From positions 115,570,001 through 115,634,000 of the forward strand of contig CM059431.1 of the NCBI GenBank assembly GCA_030390025.1: a stretch of 64,000 nucleotides of DNA, given 5' to 3'. Made by a program: the position numbers and the translations under genes. The DNA comes from Squalus acanthias. Lineage: Eukaryota. Of this stretch, positions 24,541 to 37,155 are shown in pieces; within the stretch, counting starts at the first letter, position 1; each line of letters starts with the position of its first letter. Under the pieces are notes generated by a model. That model was not told the DNA's origin. It did no database searches and saw nothing but the letters and a program-made list of their open reading frames with translations.

Positions 24541-24636
24541 TACTTTACAATAACGTTTCAGCAATTCCCTTAGATGTTCAGCTTCTACAATACAGACTTC
24601 ACAGCTGACCAAATGAATCACCCTTTTTAATACACT

Positions 24637-24824
24637 GGCGGTAATTTTAACCTATTCCGGCCAGTGGGAAGCTGATGTGATTGCATCAGCTGCCCGTTTT
24701 ACACCCTGCCTGATTTTACTCTCCTTTGACGTTAATGGAGAGTAAAATCGAGAGAGGTTTAAAACGGGCTGTCGACCCGATCCCGTCAGTTTCCCATTGG
24801 GCGGGTTGGGTTAATATTATCCCA
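24637..24824. mobile_element. Palindromic (fold-back) MITE
   Basis: Centre GATTTTACTCTCC...GGAGAGTAAAATC with arms GCCCGTTTTA/TAAAACGGGC. A relative lies at 34543-34673. Confidence 0.75.
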
Positions 24825-25330
24825 ATAAATCCGACTCAGTATTCTTTATAAGACAGCACCTAGTTGTGAATAGTGAAGGTTGAATTGAGATCATTGTCTG
24901 TGTTGTATGGTGCAGTACCTGAATAAGCAGCCTGTGAAAAGCTGTAGCAGAGCTTCCTATTACTTTACCCAGACAGACAGAGCCTCATACCATACAATAA
25001 AAGTTGTGTGGAAGTCCAGAAGCCAGAGGGGTAATGTCGATACTTAAAGGATAATTCTCTGACTTCACGTTGCCAGTAGGAAACCTTGCCCACTGTCCCG
25101 GCCCTCTGCTGCATGGTAGCTGCAGGTGTCCTTCTCGCAGATGGCACAGCTCCATATCTACTCCTCTGTGGATCCAGATTCTAGGAAGGCAGGGCCCCAT
25201 TGCCAAACAAATAGTGCCAAGGCCTGCAGAAATAGTTGATTCCACCTTGGCAGCTGTAGCCAATCAGGCAACGCTGATTCTTATCAACCCAGGCCTGCAT
25301 TCATTTATGCAGTGCCAGATAAAAGATAAT

Positions 25331-26075
25331 GGCCCAGAAATTGATCTCGCTCTGTTCCCGCGGGGGTAAGCCTTTCCCGCGATGTCTCACCTCGCTTATG
25401 CTTTTTCTGATCCAGCTCGCACGAAATTGATGTTCCAGACATCAGCTGTGCTGGGCTTGCGTATCCCAGCGGCGTAGTTAATTCGTGCGAGCTGTGGGAT
25501 CACGTGACTCAGTTAGAGCCAATGGCAGCACACCATCTTCCATTCATAAGTCTCACAGCATGGCTGAGAGACTTATGAATCTTACACCCCCCCAAAATAA
25601 CAGCTAAACCTCAATTAAATTTTAAAAAAAAACCCATCACATTAATAAAATAAGTATAGTTAATTAAATTAACCATTTTAAATAAAAAATTAAATTTTTG
25701 AAAAAATTTAAAATCTTTTAAAAAGTTATAAAAATAAACTTACCTGTCTTTAAAGTCTATAAAAAAGATATACCTGTAAAAAAAAATTCAAAAAAATACT
25801 TAATTCACTACTTACCTTCTTAAAAGCGGGTCTTACTCCTCCTTTTTACATTTCCAAAATCTTCCCTACTTACCTGCGCGTCCAAAGCATGAAGTGCACA
25901 GCGTGCGCGCAGCCTGTAGCGCGCACGCGATGCACCCAGGCCCCGCCCCCTTTTCGGAAGAGCAATTGCCGGTTTTCAGCGCATGCGCAGGGCATGCAGA
26001 AAACCGGCAATTGGAGTGGGAATACGCGAGAGTATGCAGTGCGTACTCTCGCGTCCCGGGATCAATTTTCGGCCC
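25331..26075. mobile_element. CpG-rich Harbinger-type MITE
   Basis: TIR GGCCCAGAAATTGATC / GATCAATTTTCGGCCC with 3-bp TSD AAT (25328-25330, 26076-26078) and internal hairpins. Confidence 0.8.
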
Positions 26076-26089
26076 AATATGGTGCGATT

Positions 26090-26840
26090 AGAAACATAGA
26101 AAACATAGAAAAATAGGAGCAGGAGTAGGCCATTCAGCCCTTCGAGCCTGCTCCGCCATTCAATATGATCATGGCTGATCCTCTATCTCAATACCATATT
26201 CCCGCTCTCTCCCCATACCCCTTGATGCCTTTTGTGTCTAGAAATCTATCTGTCTCCTTCTTAAATATATTCAGTGACTTGGCCTCCACAGCCTTCTGTG
26301 GTAGAGAATTCCACAGGTTCACCACCCTCTGAGTGAAGAAATTTATCCTCATCTCTGCCCTAAATGTCCTACCCCATATCCTGAGACGGTGACCCCTCGT
26401 TCTAGAGCCCCCAGCCAGGGGAAACATTCACCCTGCATCCAGTCTGTCTAGCCCTGTCAGAATTTTATATGTTTCAATGAGATCCCCTTTCATTCTTCTA
26501 AACTCTAGTGAATACAATCTCTCCTCATACGACAGTCCTGCCATCCCAGGAATCAGTCTGGTGAACCTTCGCTGCACTCCCTCTATGGCAAGTATATCCT
26601 TTCTTAGGTAAGGAGACCAAAACTGCACACAGTACTCCAGGTGTGGTCTCACCAAGGCCTTGTACAACTGTAGTAAGATATCCTTGCTCCTGTACTCAAC
26701 TCCTCTTGCAATGAAGGCCAACATACCATTTGCCTTCCTAACTGCTTGCTGTACCTGCATGTTTGCTTTCAGTGACTGGTGTACAAGGACACCCAGGTCC
26801 CTTTGTACATCAACATTTCCCAATCTACCACCATTTAAAG
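26090..26840 (-). mobile_element. CR1 LINE 3' fragment
   Basis: QRDLGVLVHQSLK...[15 protein letters not shown]...FFTQRVVNLWNSLP, with (TTTCTATG)-type tail. Confidence 0.95.
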
Positions 26841-26865
26841 ATTGGGGTACATCTGTAGATACATG

Positions 26866-27042
26866 GGGGTGGAAATTGCACGGCGCTGGCCTGCCGGTGC
26901 AAACTGGGCGCGCCCGAAAACGGAAGCCCAAAGAGCACAAGAAATTGGTACATGGGCCTCATCTAAATATTGTGGGTGAGTTGCTGGCGTGTGTCGCGCC
27001 TCGACAGGCCGCTCGCCCAATGGAAGCATGCAATTTCTCAAA
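26866..27042. mobile_element. Short MITE
   Basis: GGGGTGGAAATTGCA ... TGCAATTTC inverted ends with GGGCG/CGCCC subterminal arms. Confidence 0.5.
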
Positions 27043-27954
27043 CTGCCTGCCAATTACTGGTAGTGCCATCCCCATGTTTGAAGTTTATTGCAGGTGTGCT
27101 TGCTGTAGACGACAAACTCTGTGCTGCTGACCTGGAGCAAGCTAAATCTGAGGCCTAAAATGTTTAGTGATTCGGGCCTATGTAAAGGGAGAGGAGGCCA
27201 CCCTTCCCATGGTGGCTCCTACAGTTAGCTGAGACAGTGGCAGTAAGCAGGGAAATCCAATGGCTTGCCGGGCCCTGCCTCCCCGGAAGTATTTACATGC
27301 GGCAGAATGGGCAGCTCTCCTGACTGCGGCTATAGAGTTCAGGGCGGGAATGGGGTGGTAAACCTCGCTGTTCAGTTTTCATTCACTTCCTGCTGCTACC
27401 CTGCCCAATTTCCAGTGGGATGACTGAGGATGATCCAGGCCCAGATATCCCAGCACACAGGACTGGGGACTCAGCCGTTATATTAAATTTCACATGGAGA
27501 CTAACAGCAGGCCAAAGCATGGTGGGACTTAACTTCTTGCACTCACCCAGCCTTGGAAAATGGTTTAAAATTACTTTCTGTGCCGATGAGGCTGGTTTTC
27601 ATTTAATTACTTTCAAGCTAAGGAATTTTGCACCACATGGTTTGTTTCAATATATTGGGTTAGAAGCACAAGTTGTTCTCCGTTTTCTTTCTGCCAACTT
27701 TCTCCCTTCCTTTTCAGAAAACATTAACTCCTTGCTGGGATACAGCTCCATAGCTGCTGGTTGCCCTCTGAAACTGCCCCTAAATAGCCATTCTTCAAAT
27801 GTGAACCCACACAGAACATGTTGGCCGACTATTGTGACATGGGCGATATCACAGCCAACTCTTAAACCCATCCAAATGTCCACACTCATGGACTTCCACA
27901 GGGGTGAAATTATGGCTGTTTCTTTCCTTTCTAACCAAGAATACGAAGGTCAAT

Positions 27955-28083
27955 TGTAGAACTCTTAGTGCTGCCCCAGCTGACCTCAGCTAACTTAATA
28001 CATATCAGATAGCTAACCTTGGACCTCCCTGGTTTGTACGGCTAAGCTGCTCACTGTGGTAACCAACTGAACCATCAGGGGAA
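27955..28083 (-). mobile_element. AmnSINE2-like head fragment
   Basis: CAATTGTAG...GCTGCCCCAGCTGACCTCAGCTAACT...GGACCTCCCTGGTTTGTACGGCT is the reverse complement of the family head. Confidence 0.55.
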
Positions 28084-28169
28084 CAGATTAAGTTACAATG
28101 CTTTTGGATGTCTGGACTGGTCGAGCTGTTTCTATCAATATTCAAACCTTACTTAACATGGTTATCGTA

Positions 28170-28552
28170 TGAGTAGCTGAGCCGTACAGAACAGCAAGAT
28201 CCCAGGTCTAATTCTCGGTCTGTGCCGAGTCACTTTATTCCAGCTGCGGCATTGACAAAGGTTTTACAATCGATCTCAACACCCCTAAGTTAAGCAGAGG
28301 AAAATTGGCAAGGGTTCCTGGTCCTGATATTCCATCCAGCAATCCCTGCTGGGGTGGACATGTATGGAGTTTGCATGAGGGCAAGATCAGCCTGGGATGC
28401 GCAATGCCACACTGTTGAAAAGCCTGCCAACATTGACCGTCAAAGCTTGCACATGAATAATGGCCACTTGGGCGATACGCTGGAAGGCAGCCAACACCCA
28501 AGGAACCATACCCTAACAAGGAGTCAATGACTTCACGGGAGAAGAAAATTGG
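28170..28552 (+). mobile_element. AmnSINE2-like SINE
   Basis: CTGAGCCGTACAGA...TCCCAGGT...GGTCTGTGCCGAGT...CACATGAATAATGGCCACTTGGGCGA...AAGGAGTCAATGACTTC. Confidence 0.65.
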
Positions 28553-29479
28553 CAAGAGAAAGAGCTTTATTTAACAACCACCTGAATGTGGCAGTTCGAA
28601 CTGGTTTTGTTGCCTTGTGTCCCTCATCATGATTTTGTTTTCAAATGTTCTGGTTTTAATTGTGCTCTGTAAAAACTTGAAGAACTGCCTGGAAATTTTG
28701 ATGCGGTGTCATTCGACTGGTATGTGCAATTACTTCTGATTTATTAAATTAATAATCATAAATCCCTGCTTATAATGCTGTGGGGGAATAGAAAGAAAGC
28801 AGTCTGATAGCCTGAAACGTAGTGAACATTCGTGTGGGGGTAACTGCTCCTGCATTTGTATGCCAGAGGAAAGAATATTGTTCGGGTTGGAGCAGAAGTC
28901 TCTAAAGGGTAAACTTTCTGTTGGTCTGCATGGGTGGTGCATGTGTATGCTCAGCTTAGCTTGGGGGTGGGAGGGGGAGGGTGTGTGTGGGGAGAAATCA
29001 GGGAGGAGGCTTTGAAGCTAGCACGTGCTAGGAACATATTGGTTTTTCAGGAGACTCACGCTATCGGCATGTGCGGGCCTCATTAAGGGGAAAAAATTAT
29101 AGGGGAGATTCACCGCTCTCAGCACAGAACTGCGCACATCAGATCCACAAGCTGGGAAATAGTGCATCCACAGCCTGATAGACTGCAGCTGTGTGCTGGG
29201 AAAGTGAAAATAGAGGCCCTGTTTTTAACACTGGGCCAACTCACCTGCTGCTACAGAAATGAGACCCGTGGTACTTCAACTCCTGGCCCTCATTTAAAGC
29301 GCTGCTACTCCTCCTGGTCCCACAAGGAAAGCGTAACATATATATATTTAAAAAACTTACGTTTTTGGGCCTCTTCTGGCCTCGACCCTCTTCACTGCTG
29401 ATCTGACGTGTCGTGAAAGTCATTGCCGCTTAGTTTAAATTGCCGTCGGGCCCCGATGGCATCATCAGGACCCGACATG

Positions 29480-30585
29480 TCTTCTTCTTCTTAGGCAGTC
29501 CCTCAGAACCGAGGATGACTTGCTTCCACATTAAAAATGAGTTCTCAGGTGACTGATGAGTCCAATGCGGGACCTACAGTCTCTGTCACAGGTGGGGCAG
29601 ACGGTGGTTGAAGGGGCGGGTGGGTGGGGTGCTTGGGTTGACGTGCGCTCCTTGCGCTACCTGCGCTTGGCTTCAGCTTGCTCCCAGTGAAGAGACTCGA
29701 GGTGTTCGGCGCCTTCCCGGATGCTTTTCCTCCACTTTGTACGGTCTTGGGCCAGTGATTCCCAGGTGTCAGTGGGGATGTTACACTTTTTCAAGGAGGC
29801 TTTGAGGGTGTCCTTGAAGCGTTTCCTCTGCCCACCTGGGGCTCTCTTGCCGTGTCGGAACTCCGAATAGAGCGGTTGTTTTGGGAGTCTCATATCGGGC
29901 ATGCGGACGATGTGGCCCGTCCATCGGAACTGATCGAGCGTGGTCAAAGCTTCGATGCTGGGGATGTTGGCTTGAGTGAGAACACTGACGTTGGTGTGCC
30001 TATCCTGCCAATGGATTTGCAGGATCTTGCGGAGGCAGCGTTGGTGGTACCTCTCCAGTGCTTTGAGGTGCCTTCTGTACATGGTTCATGTCTCTGAAGC
30101 ATACAGGAGGGTGGGTATTACTACTGCTCTGTAGACCATGAGCTTGGTGCCAGGTTTGAGGTCCTGGTCTTCAAACACTCTCTTCCTCAGGCGACCGAAG
30201 GCTGCACTGGCACACTGAAGGCGGTGTTGGACTTCGTAATCGACATCTGCCCTTGTTGACAGTAGGCTTCCGAGGTTTGAAAGTGGTCCACATTGTCCAA
30301 GGCTTCGTCATGGATTTTGATAATCGGGGAGCAGTACTGTGTGGGGGGGGGCAGGTTGGTAGAGGACCTTTGTCTTACGGATGTTTACTGTAAGGCCCAT
30401 GCTCTCGTACGCTTCGGTGAAGGTGTTGACGATGGTTTGGAGTTCGACCTCCGAGTGTGCGCAGACGCAAGTGTCATCTGCATACTGTAATTCGATGACA
30501 GAGGATGGGACGACCTTGGATCTGGACTGGAGACGACGGAGGTTGAACAGTTTCCCGTTTGTTCTGTAGATTAGCTCCACTCCAG
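29480..30585 (-). mobile_element. RTE-clade LINE 3' fragment (RT C-terminal half)
   Basis: YRTNGKLFNLRRL...ELQYADD...; ERYHQRCLRKIL...RWTGHIVRM...GGQRKRFKDTLK; (GAA)n tail. Confidence 0.93.
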
Positions 30586-30787
30586 ATGTGTATATGTTAT
30601 AAAAGGACCCAGCCGGCTTTGAATGGGTGTTCTTCCTGACTGCTTAGGAAAGCAGGTGAAAATCGAAACCTGTCAGCTCCCGGCGGTTCCACAGTCTGTA
30701 AGTAACATAAGTGATATTAACTTCCCTTCTGCCTGGTTTCTGCCAAGTGGCTAGGGTTAACATTGCCCCCAGAGAGTCTCTCCTTAT

Positions 30788-31108
30788 GTCAGCTGTGGCT
30801 CAGTAGTAACACTTTGAGTCAGGAGGTTGTAGGGTTCAAGTCCCACTCCAGTGACTTGAGCACAAAATCTAGGCTGACACTTCAGTGCTGAACTGTTGGA
30901 GATGCTGTCTTTTGGATGAGACATTAAATCGAAGCCCCATTTGCCCTCTCAGGTGGACATAAAAGATCCCCTGCCAATATTCAAAGAAGAGCAGGTGAGT
31001 GTTCCCTGGTCTCTTGGCCAATATTTATCCCTCAACCAACATCACTGAAACAGATTATCTGGTCATTATCACATTGCTTTTTGTGGGACCTTGCTGTGCG
31101 CAAATTGT
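30788..31108 (+). mobile_element. DeuSINE (SacSINE1-like), 3' truncated
   Basis: GTCAGCTGTGGCTCAGTAG head and GATGAGACATTAAATCGAAGCCCC...AAAAGATCCC domain. Confidence 0.85.
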
Positions 31109-31279
31109 TTTAGTTACTATCATTTTATAATTAAGGAAATTGAAGGAAATTTTAACTTTCAGTTCAAGCATGCTGTACTGGTAGTTTGGACTTTGATCTG
31201 GGAATTCTTGCTCTCAGGGAACTAAAGGATGAACAGCTCTTCCACAGAAACATGCAAGGGCCTGCACTGGAGATATGAT

Positions 31280-31600
31280 GACCCGACCTATTCTTACCCA
31301 AGATCGATAAACCCTGCCAGAATTACAAGGCCATGTCTGACTAGATCTGCCTTTGCCAGGAAGGCAGTCTCAGATCTTTGCCGTCCCCTGTAGTCTGACC
31401 TGCAAACTTAATCCAGGTTTGGGACAATTCTGCTCTTGGCAGTCAAAGCCACTGCTATCTTGAAGTTCTATGCAGCTGGCCCCTTCCAAGCTGCCTTTGG
31501 TGACATCCACAGTGCTCCTCTGCACACTTCAGGACATTGATGCCTTATTTGCTAAGGTTAATGACTTGATCATTCTTCCAAAAGAAAGCAACCAGCAGCT
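31280..31600 (+). pseudogene. Decayed PIF/Harbinger transposase, N-terminal part
   Basis: 31439-31507 reads AVKATAILKFYAAGPFQAAFGDI, followed by IDALFAKVNDLIILP. This matches the Harbinger 'AL-FFA-GSFQ-GD' and 'V-DALF' blocks. Not in the ORF track. Confidence 0.75.
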
Positions 31601-33564
31601 GAATACCAAGTACGCTGGAAGCTGCCACAATGAATTTATCTTATAGCAGTTGACAGTGCACCATTATTAAATAGAATATCTAGAGTAGACAGATGGGTCT
31701 TTAGTGTCGAGGAATATCACCTTGTGAAGCCAGTCTAAAATCAAGGAACTACAACTGAAAAAAACTATAATGAGGTACATGCCTTGAAGGGCGCAAATAA
31801 AGGCCGATTCTGTACTCCCATGCTTCCAGCATGAAGCAGCATTATTAGTGTAAAGAAATCTTCAATCATTCATCTTTTGGTCAAATATGCATTGTATCAA
31901 TAGAATACATAGTAAGAAGATATTACATAAAACCTAATTTATCCCCCCTAACCAGTTCCTGACCTTCTCCCCCACCCCAACAAGTTCCTGACCTTCTCCC
32001 CCCACCCCCATAGATGGAGCATTGTGTGTCGGTCACGGATTGTTAACAGGTTTATTGGATGTGAAGTGAATGGTGACAGTGTCATGACTTCCGGATTTTG
32101 TCCAGTCCAATGATGTCACTTGCCGCACAGGTGGCGGATTTTCCGAGAAATCAACCAGGTCTAGAGAGAGGAGAGGGAGAACATGGTGCCGGTGTAAAGG
32201 GGGTGGGGGTGGGGTTGGAAGAACGTGCTCCATGTCTAACAGAGTGGGGAGAACGTGATCCGTCTTCCCATCTGGATCACGTTCTCACTCTCATTGCCCC
32301 CCCATCCCCTTTAGATCTAGATCACGTTCTTCCCCAATCCCCACTATTCTCCCTGTGCTCTTCCCACCCCACCACCCCATCCCTCCCCCTCCCCCTCCCC
32401 CCACCCTCCAAGTTCCTGACCTGAAATGATTAGAGTATAAGTTATGGATGGAGAAGAGTCTCATAAAGGAGCTGACGGAATGAATAGAACGTCTTGAAGA
32501 AAAATGAACTGTTTATCTGCTGATAGGATTTGAGTGGGGAGAAAATGTATTGAATGGAACCAACAGTTCTGGCTACTTTTGTCCCTGACTTTGCCAAAAC
32601 ATTCAGGAAGCAGAAATCAGAACCTTACTGTTTTCCTCAAGGCATGTTTAGAAGCCAGCAAGGAAAGTGCTTGGAATATCTTTGACAGGAATGTCTTGTT
32701 CCTCTGAGAAAGTCTAAAATCATTTCCTTTCTGTCTCAAAAGAATAAGGAAGAATTGCTTCCCATTCCAATTGTAGGTTTAACTACCTCTCACTGAGATT
32801 TAAGGCATACATAGTAAAATTAATTTTGAAAATAGCCCATCTTCCAAAAGTGATGGATTTTTCATAAAAGTAACAAAATACAGCTTCCCTAGCAGGTCAT
32901 TTGGCGTTCCGAAATTTTGGCTGAACAGTTAGACAATGATATTCCGTGCAATACAAAATGGCTGCATTTCTGTCCATGGCTATGTCAGTCTTACTTTTTT
33001 TTACCTAAAATAAATTATAAACCAAAGAAGTGTAAATACATATGCAAATGGACAGGCACAATGCAAATACTTATGGTTATACAAGTAGTTTTTATACAGA
33101 AAAACAAATTCCTAAACTCTTGAGAAAACTTGTGGGACTTCTAAAAAAAAATTAATCATCTACTTGGTCTAACATCACAGCTGAAAGCACAGTTTTCTAA
33201 AGCTTGCTCTTTTAGGTAAAAGCCTGTTTTCTTCATGTACATTGTGCAGATCTGCCGTGGGCAGTGCAGTTATTAATTTGACCACATTCGCCCAAAAACT
33301 TCTTTGCAGTTCACTGATAAACTTGGATTTGTTAAGAACACACAAAGAGCTCTTTTGCAGTAAAAAGACCAATGCCAGCAGGGCTGTGTCAATCTCACAT
33401 CTCTACAATCTGATTCAAATTCTTACTCTTATTCCACTAATTTGCCCTTAACTCCATTGAATCAAACATTATCATTCTTCTTTAGTCAGTGGCCTGTGCT
33501 GGAAAATGTCCTCAGGGGTTGTCCCAACAGGCTGCCAAAGCTTCGGCTGAAGATCAGCAGAATC

Positions 33565-34035
33565 AGCTCAAGAAGCTCGACAGCATCCAGGACAAAGCAG
33601 CCCGCTTGATTGGCACCCCATTCACCACCCTAAACATTCACTCCCTCCACCACCAGCGCACCGTGACTGCAGTGTGTACCATCTACAAGATGCACTGCAG
33701 CAACTCGCCAAGGCTTCTTCGACAGCACCTCCCAAACCCGCGACCTCTACCACCTAGAAGGACAAGGGCAGCAGGCGCATGGGAACACCACCACCTCCAA
33801 GTTCCCCTCCAAGTCACACACCATCCTGACTTGGAAATATATCGCCATTCCTTCATCGTCACTGGGTCAAAATCCTGAACTCCCTACCTAACAGCACTGT
33901 GGGAGTACCTTCACCACACGGACTGCAGCCGTTCAAGAAGGTGGCTCACCACCACCTGCTCAAGGAAAATTAGGGATGGGCGACAAATGCTGGCCTTGCC
34001 AGCGACGCCCACATCCCGTGAATGAATAAAAGAAA
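33565..34035 (+). mobile_element. Zenon-like CR1/L2-group LINE 3' fragment
   Basis: LKKLDSIQDKAARLIG...IYKMHCSNSPRLLRQHLP and the family 3' end. Confidence 0.88.
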
Positions 34036-34542
34036 ACTTCCAAGTAGACAGCTTCAACAGGATTTCCACCGATCTTTTGCTGAAGTTACGCTGGCCAATT
34101 GGGAGAACCCCTGAGGAAATTCCTGGCGTGTGTGTCTATAGACATTGGAATAAGAACAGGGAAAATGATCAAATGGCCTCCATGGTCAAAAAGCCAAAAA
34201 GCCTGCAGATAATCACCGTCAAATTTGAAGAAAGGTCAACTTGCTGAAGTACTGGATGTTTGCTGGCTCCCACGGATCCTTAGCCCAGGAGGTGTCTAAT
34301 CATGTTGCAGAAAAGTGCGGAAAATTGAAAGAGAGAAAAGCACAGGCTTTTCTGTTGCACGAAGCCTAAAGTGCGATTATATTTCACTCCAGAGAAATAA
34401 TATGGCCAGTATATACCACTGCCATATAGTATACTAAAGAAAGTGATTTATTTTTTAGTAAGCCATTGTCTGCAATAGCTACCATCAATACGGCACTGTG
34501 GCAAAATGGATTTTACTTAGGTTGATTTTTTTTTAACATAAT

Positions 34543-34673
34543 GGGAGTAATTCTAACCTAACTCACCGGGCGGGAAACCCACTAGATCAATGGAGAGTAA
34601 CGTTGGATGGGGTGTTAAACCAGTATTGCATCCGATCCTGTCACATTCCTGACGGGTGGTTAAAATTGTCCCC
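34543..34673. mobile_element. Deleted copy of the palindromic MITE family
   Basis: GGGAGTAATTCTAACC...GGTTAAAATTGTCCCC ends and an AATGGAGAGTAA core as at 24735. Confidence 0.6.
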
Positions 34674-34756
34674 ACTTTTTCTATAATGCTAGATTCAACA
34701 ATTTTTCTTAGATGTAAACTACAGACTGGAATCAGTCCCAATAATAGTGGCTTGAG

Positions 34757-36883
34757 ACCTTCATCCCCTTACGCCCCCATCTCAATGAATTTCGAGCTCG
34801 GCACGATGCTGAGCTCTTTTTCCGCCGCCTCCGTCTCCGTGCCCACTTCTCTGGCCAGGAGTCTTCCCCCCGCACGGCTGACCCTTTCTCCCGCTTTCAG
34901 AATTCTTGTTCCACCTGGACCCCTCCCTCTGGCCTCTTACCCTCTCTAGATCTTTTCATTGCTAACTGCCGCCGTGACATCGGCCAGCTCAATTTCTCTG
35001 CTCCCCTCACTCACTCCAACCTACCTCCCTCTGAACTTGCAGCACTCCATTCGCTCCGATCCAACCCTGACATTGTCATTAAACCTGCTGACAAGGGTGG
35101 CGCTGTTGTTGTTTGGCGAACCGACCTCTACCTAGCGGAAGTTGAACGCCAACTCTCTGACACCTCCTCCTACCTCCACCTGGACCATGACCCCACTACT
35201 GAACATCAAGCCACCGTGTCCAAGACCGTCACTGACCTCATCTCCTCTGGAGATCTTCCCCCCACGGCCGCCAACCTCATAGTTCCCCAACCGCGCACAG
35301 CCCGCTTCTACCTCCTTCCCAAGATCCACAAACAGGACTGCCCCGGTAGACCCATCGTTTCAGCCTGTTCTTGCCCCACGGAACTTATCTCTTCCTATCT
35401 CGACTCTATTTTTTCTCCCCTTGTCCAGTCTCTTCCCACCTACATCCGCGACTCTTCCGATGCCCTCCGCCATTTTAACAGTTTCCAGTTTCCCGGCCCC
35501 AACCGTCTCCTCTTCACTATGGACGTACAATCCCTCTACACCTCCATTCCCCACCAGGATGGCCTGAGGGCGCTCCGCTTCTTCCTTGAACAGAGGCCCA
35601 ACCAGTCCCCATCCACCACCACCCTCCTCCGCCTGGCTGAACTTGTTCTCACATTGAACAACTTCTCCTTTGACTCTACCCATTTCCTCCAAATTAAAGG
35701 TGTTGCTATGGGTACCCGCATGGGTCCTAGCTATGCCTGCCTTTTCGTGGGATATGTGGAACACTCTTTGTTCCAGTCCTACTCGGGTCCCCTCCCTCAC
35801 CTCTTTTTCCGGTACATTGATGACTGTATCGGTGCCGTCTCCTGCTCTCGCCCTGAACTAGAACATTTCATTCACTATGCTTCCAATTTCCACCCTTCCC
35901 TCACCTTCACATGGTCCATCTCCGACTCTTCCCTTCCCTTCCTCGACTTCTCCATCTCCATCTCTGGGGATAGGTTATTGACTAACATTCACTACAAGCC
36001 CACTGACTCCCACAGCTACCTGGACTACACTTCCTCCCACCCCGCCTCCTGTAAGGACTCTATTCCATTCTCCCAGTTTCTCCGTCTCCGCCGCATCTGC
36101 TCTGATGATGCCACCTTCCATACCAGTGCTTCCGACATGTCTTCCTTTTTCCTCAACCGAGGATTCCCCTCTACCGTGGTCGACACGGCCCTCGACCGTG
36201 TCCGTTCTATCTCCCGCACTTCTGCCCTCACCCCTGCCCCTCCCTCCCGGAACCACGATAGGGTTCCCCTTGTCCTCACCTTTCACCCCACCAGCCTCCA
36301 CATTCAACGGATCATCCTCCGCCATTTCCGCCACCTCCAGCGTGATCCCACCACCAAACACATCTTCCCCTCACCTCCCCTTTCAGCATTCCGCAGGGAC
36401 CGCTCCCTCCGCGACACCCTAGTCCACTCCTCTACCACCCCCAGCACCCCTTCCCCTTCGCCCGGCACCTTCCCGTGCACGCGCAGGAGATGCTACACAT
36501 GCCCTTACACCTCTCCTCTTCCCACTGTCCAGGGCCCCAAACACCCCTTCCAGGTGAAACAGCGATTCACTTGTACTTCCTGCAATTTAGTATACTGTAT
36601 TCGCTGCTCATGATGTGGTCTCCTCTACATTGGGGAGACCAAACGCAGATTGGGTGACCGCTTTGCGGAACACCTCCGTTCAGTCCGTAAGGGGGACCCC
36701 GAGCTCCCGGTGGCCTGTCACTTTAATTCACCGCTTCACTCCCACTCTGACCTCGCCGTCCTCGGCCTATTACACTGTTCCACGGAAGCGCAGCGTAAGC
36801 TCGAGGAACAGCACCTCATCTTTCGTTTAGGCACGCTACAGCCCTCTGGACTCAATATCGAGTTCAACAATTTTAGATCATAA
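34757..36883 (+). pseudogene. Penelope RT/GIY-YIG polyprotein frame: ~709 codons, one internal TGA at 36611-36613, no start codon
   Basis: Read by hand, the frame of ORF 35216-36613 is open back to 34748 (TFIPLRPHLNEF...FFRRLRLRAHF) and continues in frame into ORF 36650-36883. Confidence 0.93.
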
Positions 36884-37155
36884 CCTCAGCTCCAATCACA
36901 TTTATATTTTATTTTTTCCACCCTTTTATTTGCCCCCCCCCCCACCTTTTTTTTTTTCCTCCTAGAAGCTGGCAGCTGTCCTTCATTCTGCCAGTGGATT
37001 TCACACTTCTTTCAGCCTTAATCTGTCACATTAACACCACCTCTAGCCTTGCATATCTCTTAATGTCTCTTCATCTCCCCCTTTGTTCTTTTATCCCCTC
37101 CCCCTTTTCCCAGCTTTACTCTGGCCTTAAATCTATTTGATTTCCGGCTCTTCAC

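Noticed and set aside
24985..25320. Harbinger Myb-protein C-terminal relic (also considered at 41570-41950 and 42420-42780)
   Set aside because: Only vague compositional resemblance, with no motif I can defend without a search.
27420..27959. 179-aa ORF as a host exon
   Set aside because: No recognisable domain or splice context, and it overlaps MITE-like and SINE-like sequence at its ends.
36611..36613. Selenocysteine or programmed read-through of the Penelope TGA
   Set aside because: CGA>TGA decay is simpler, and I see no SECIS evidence.
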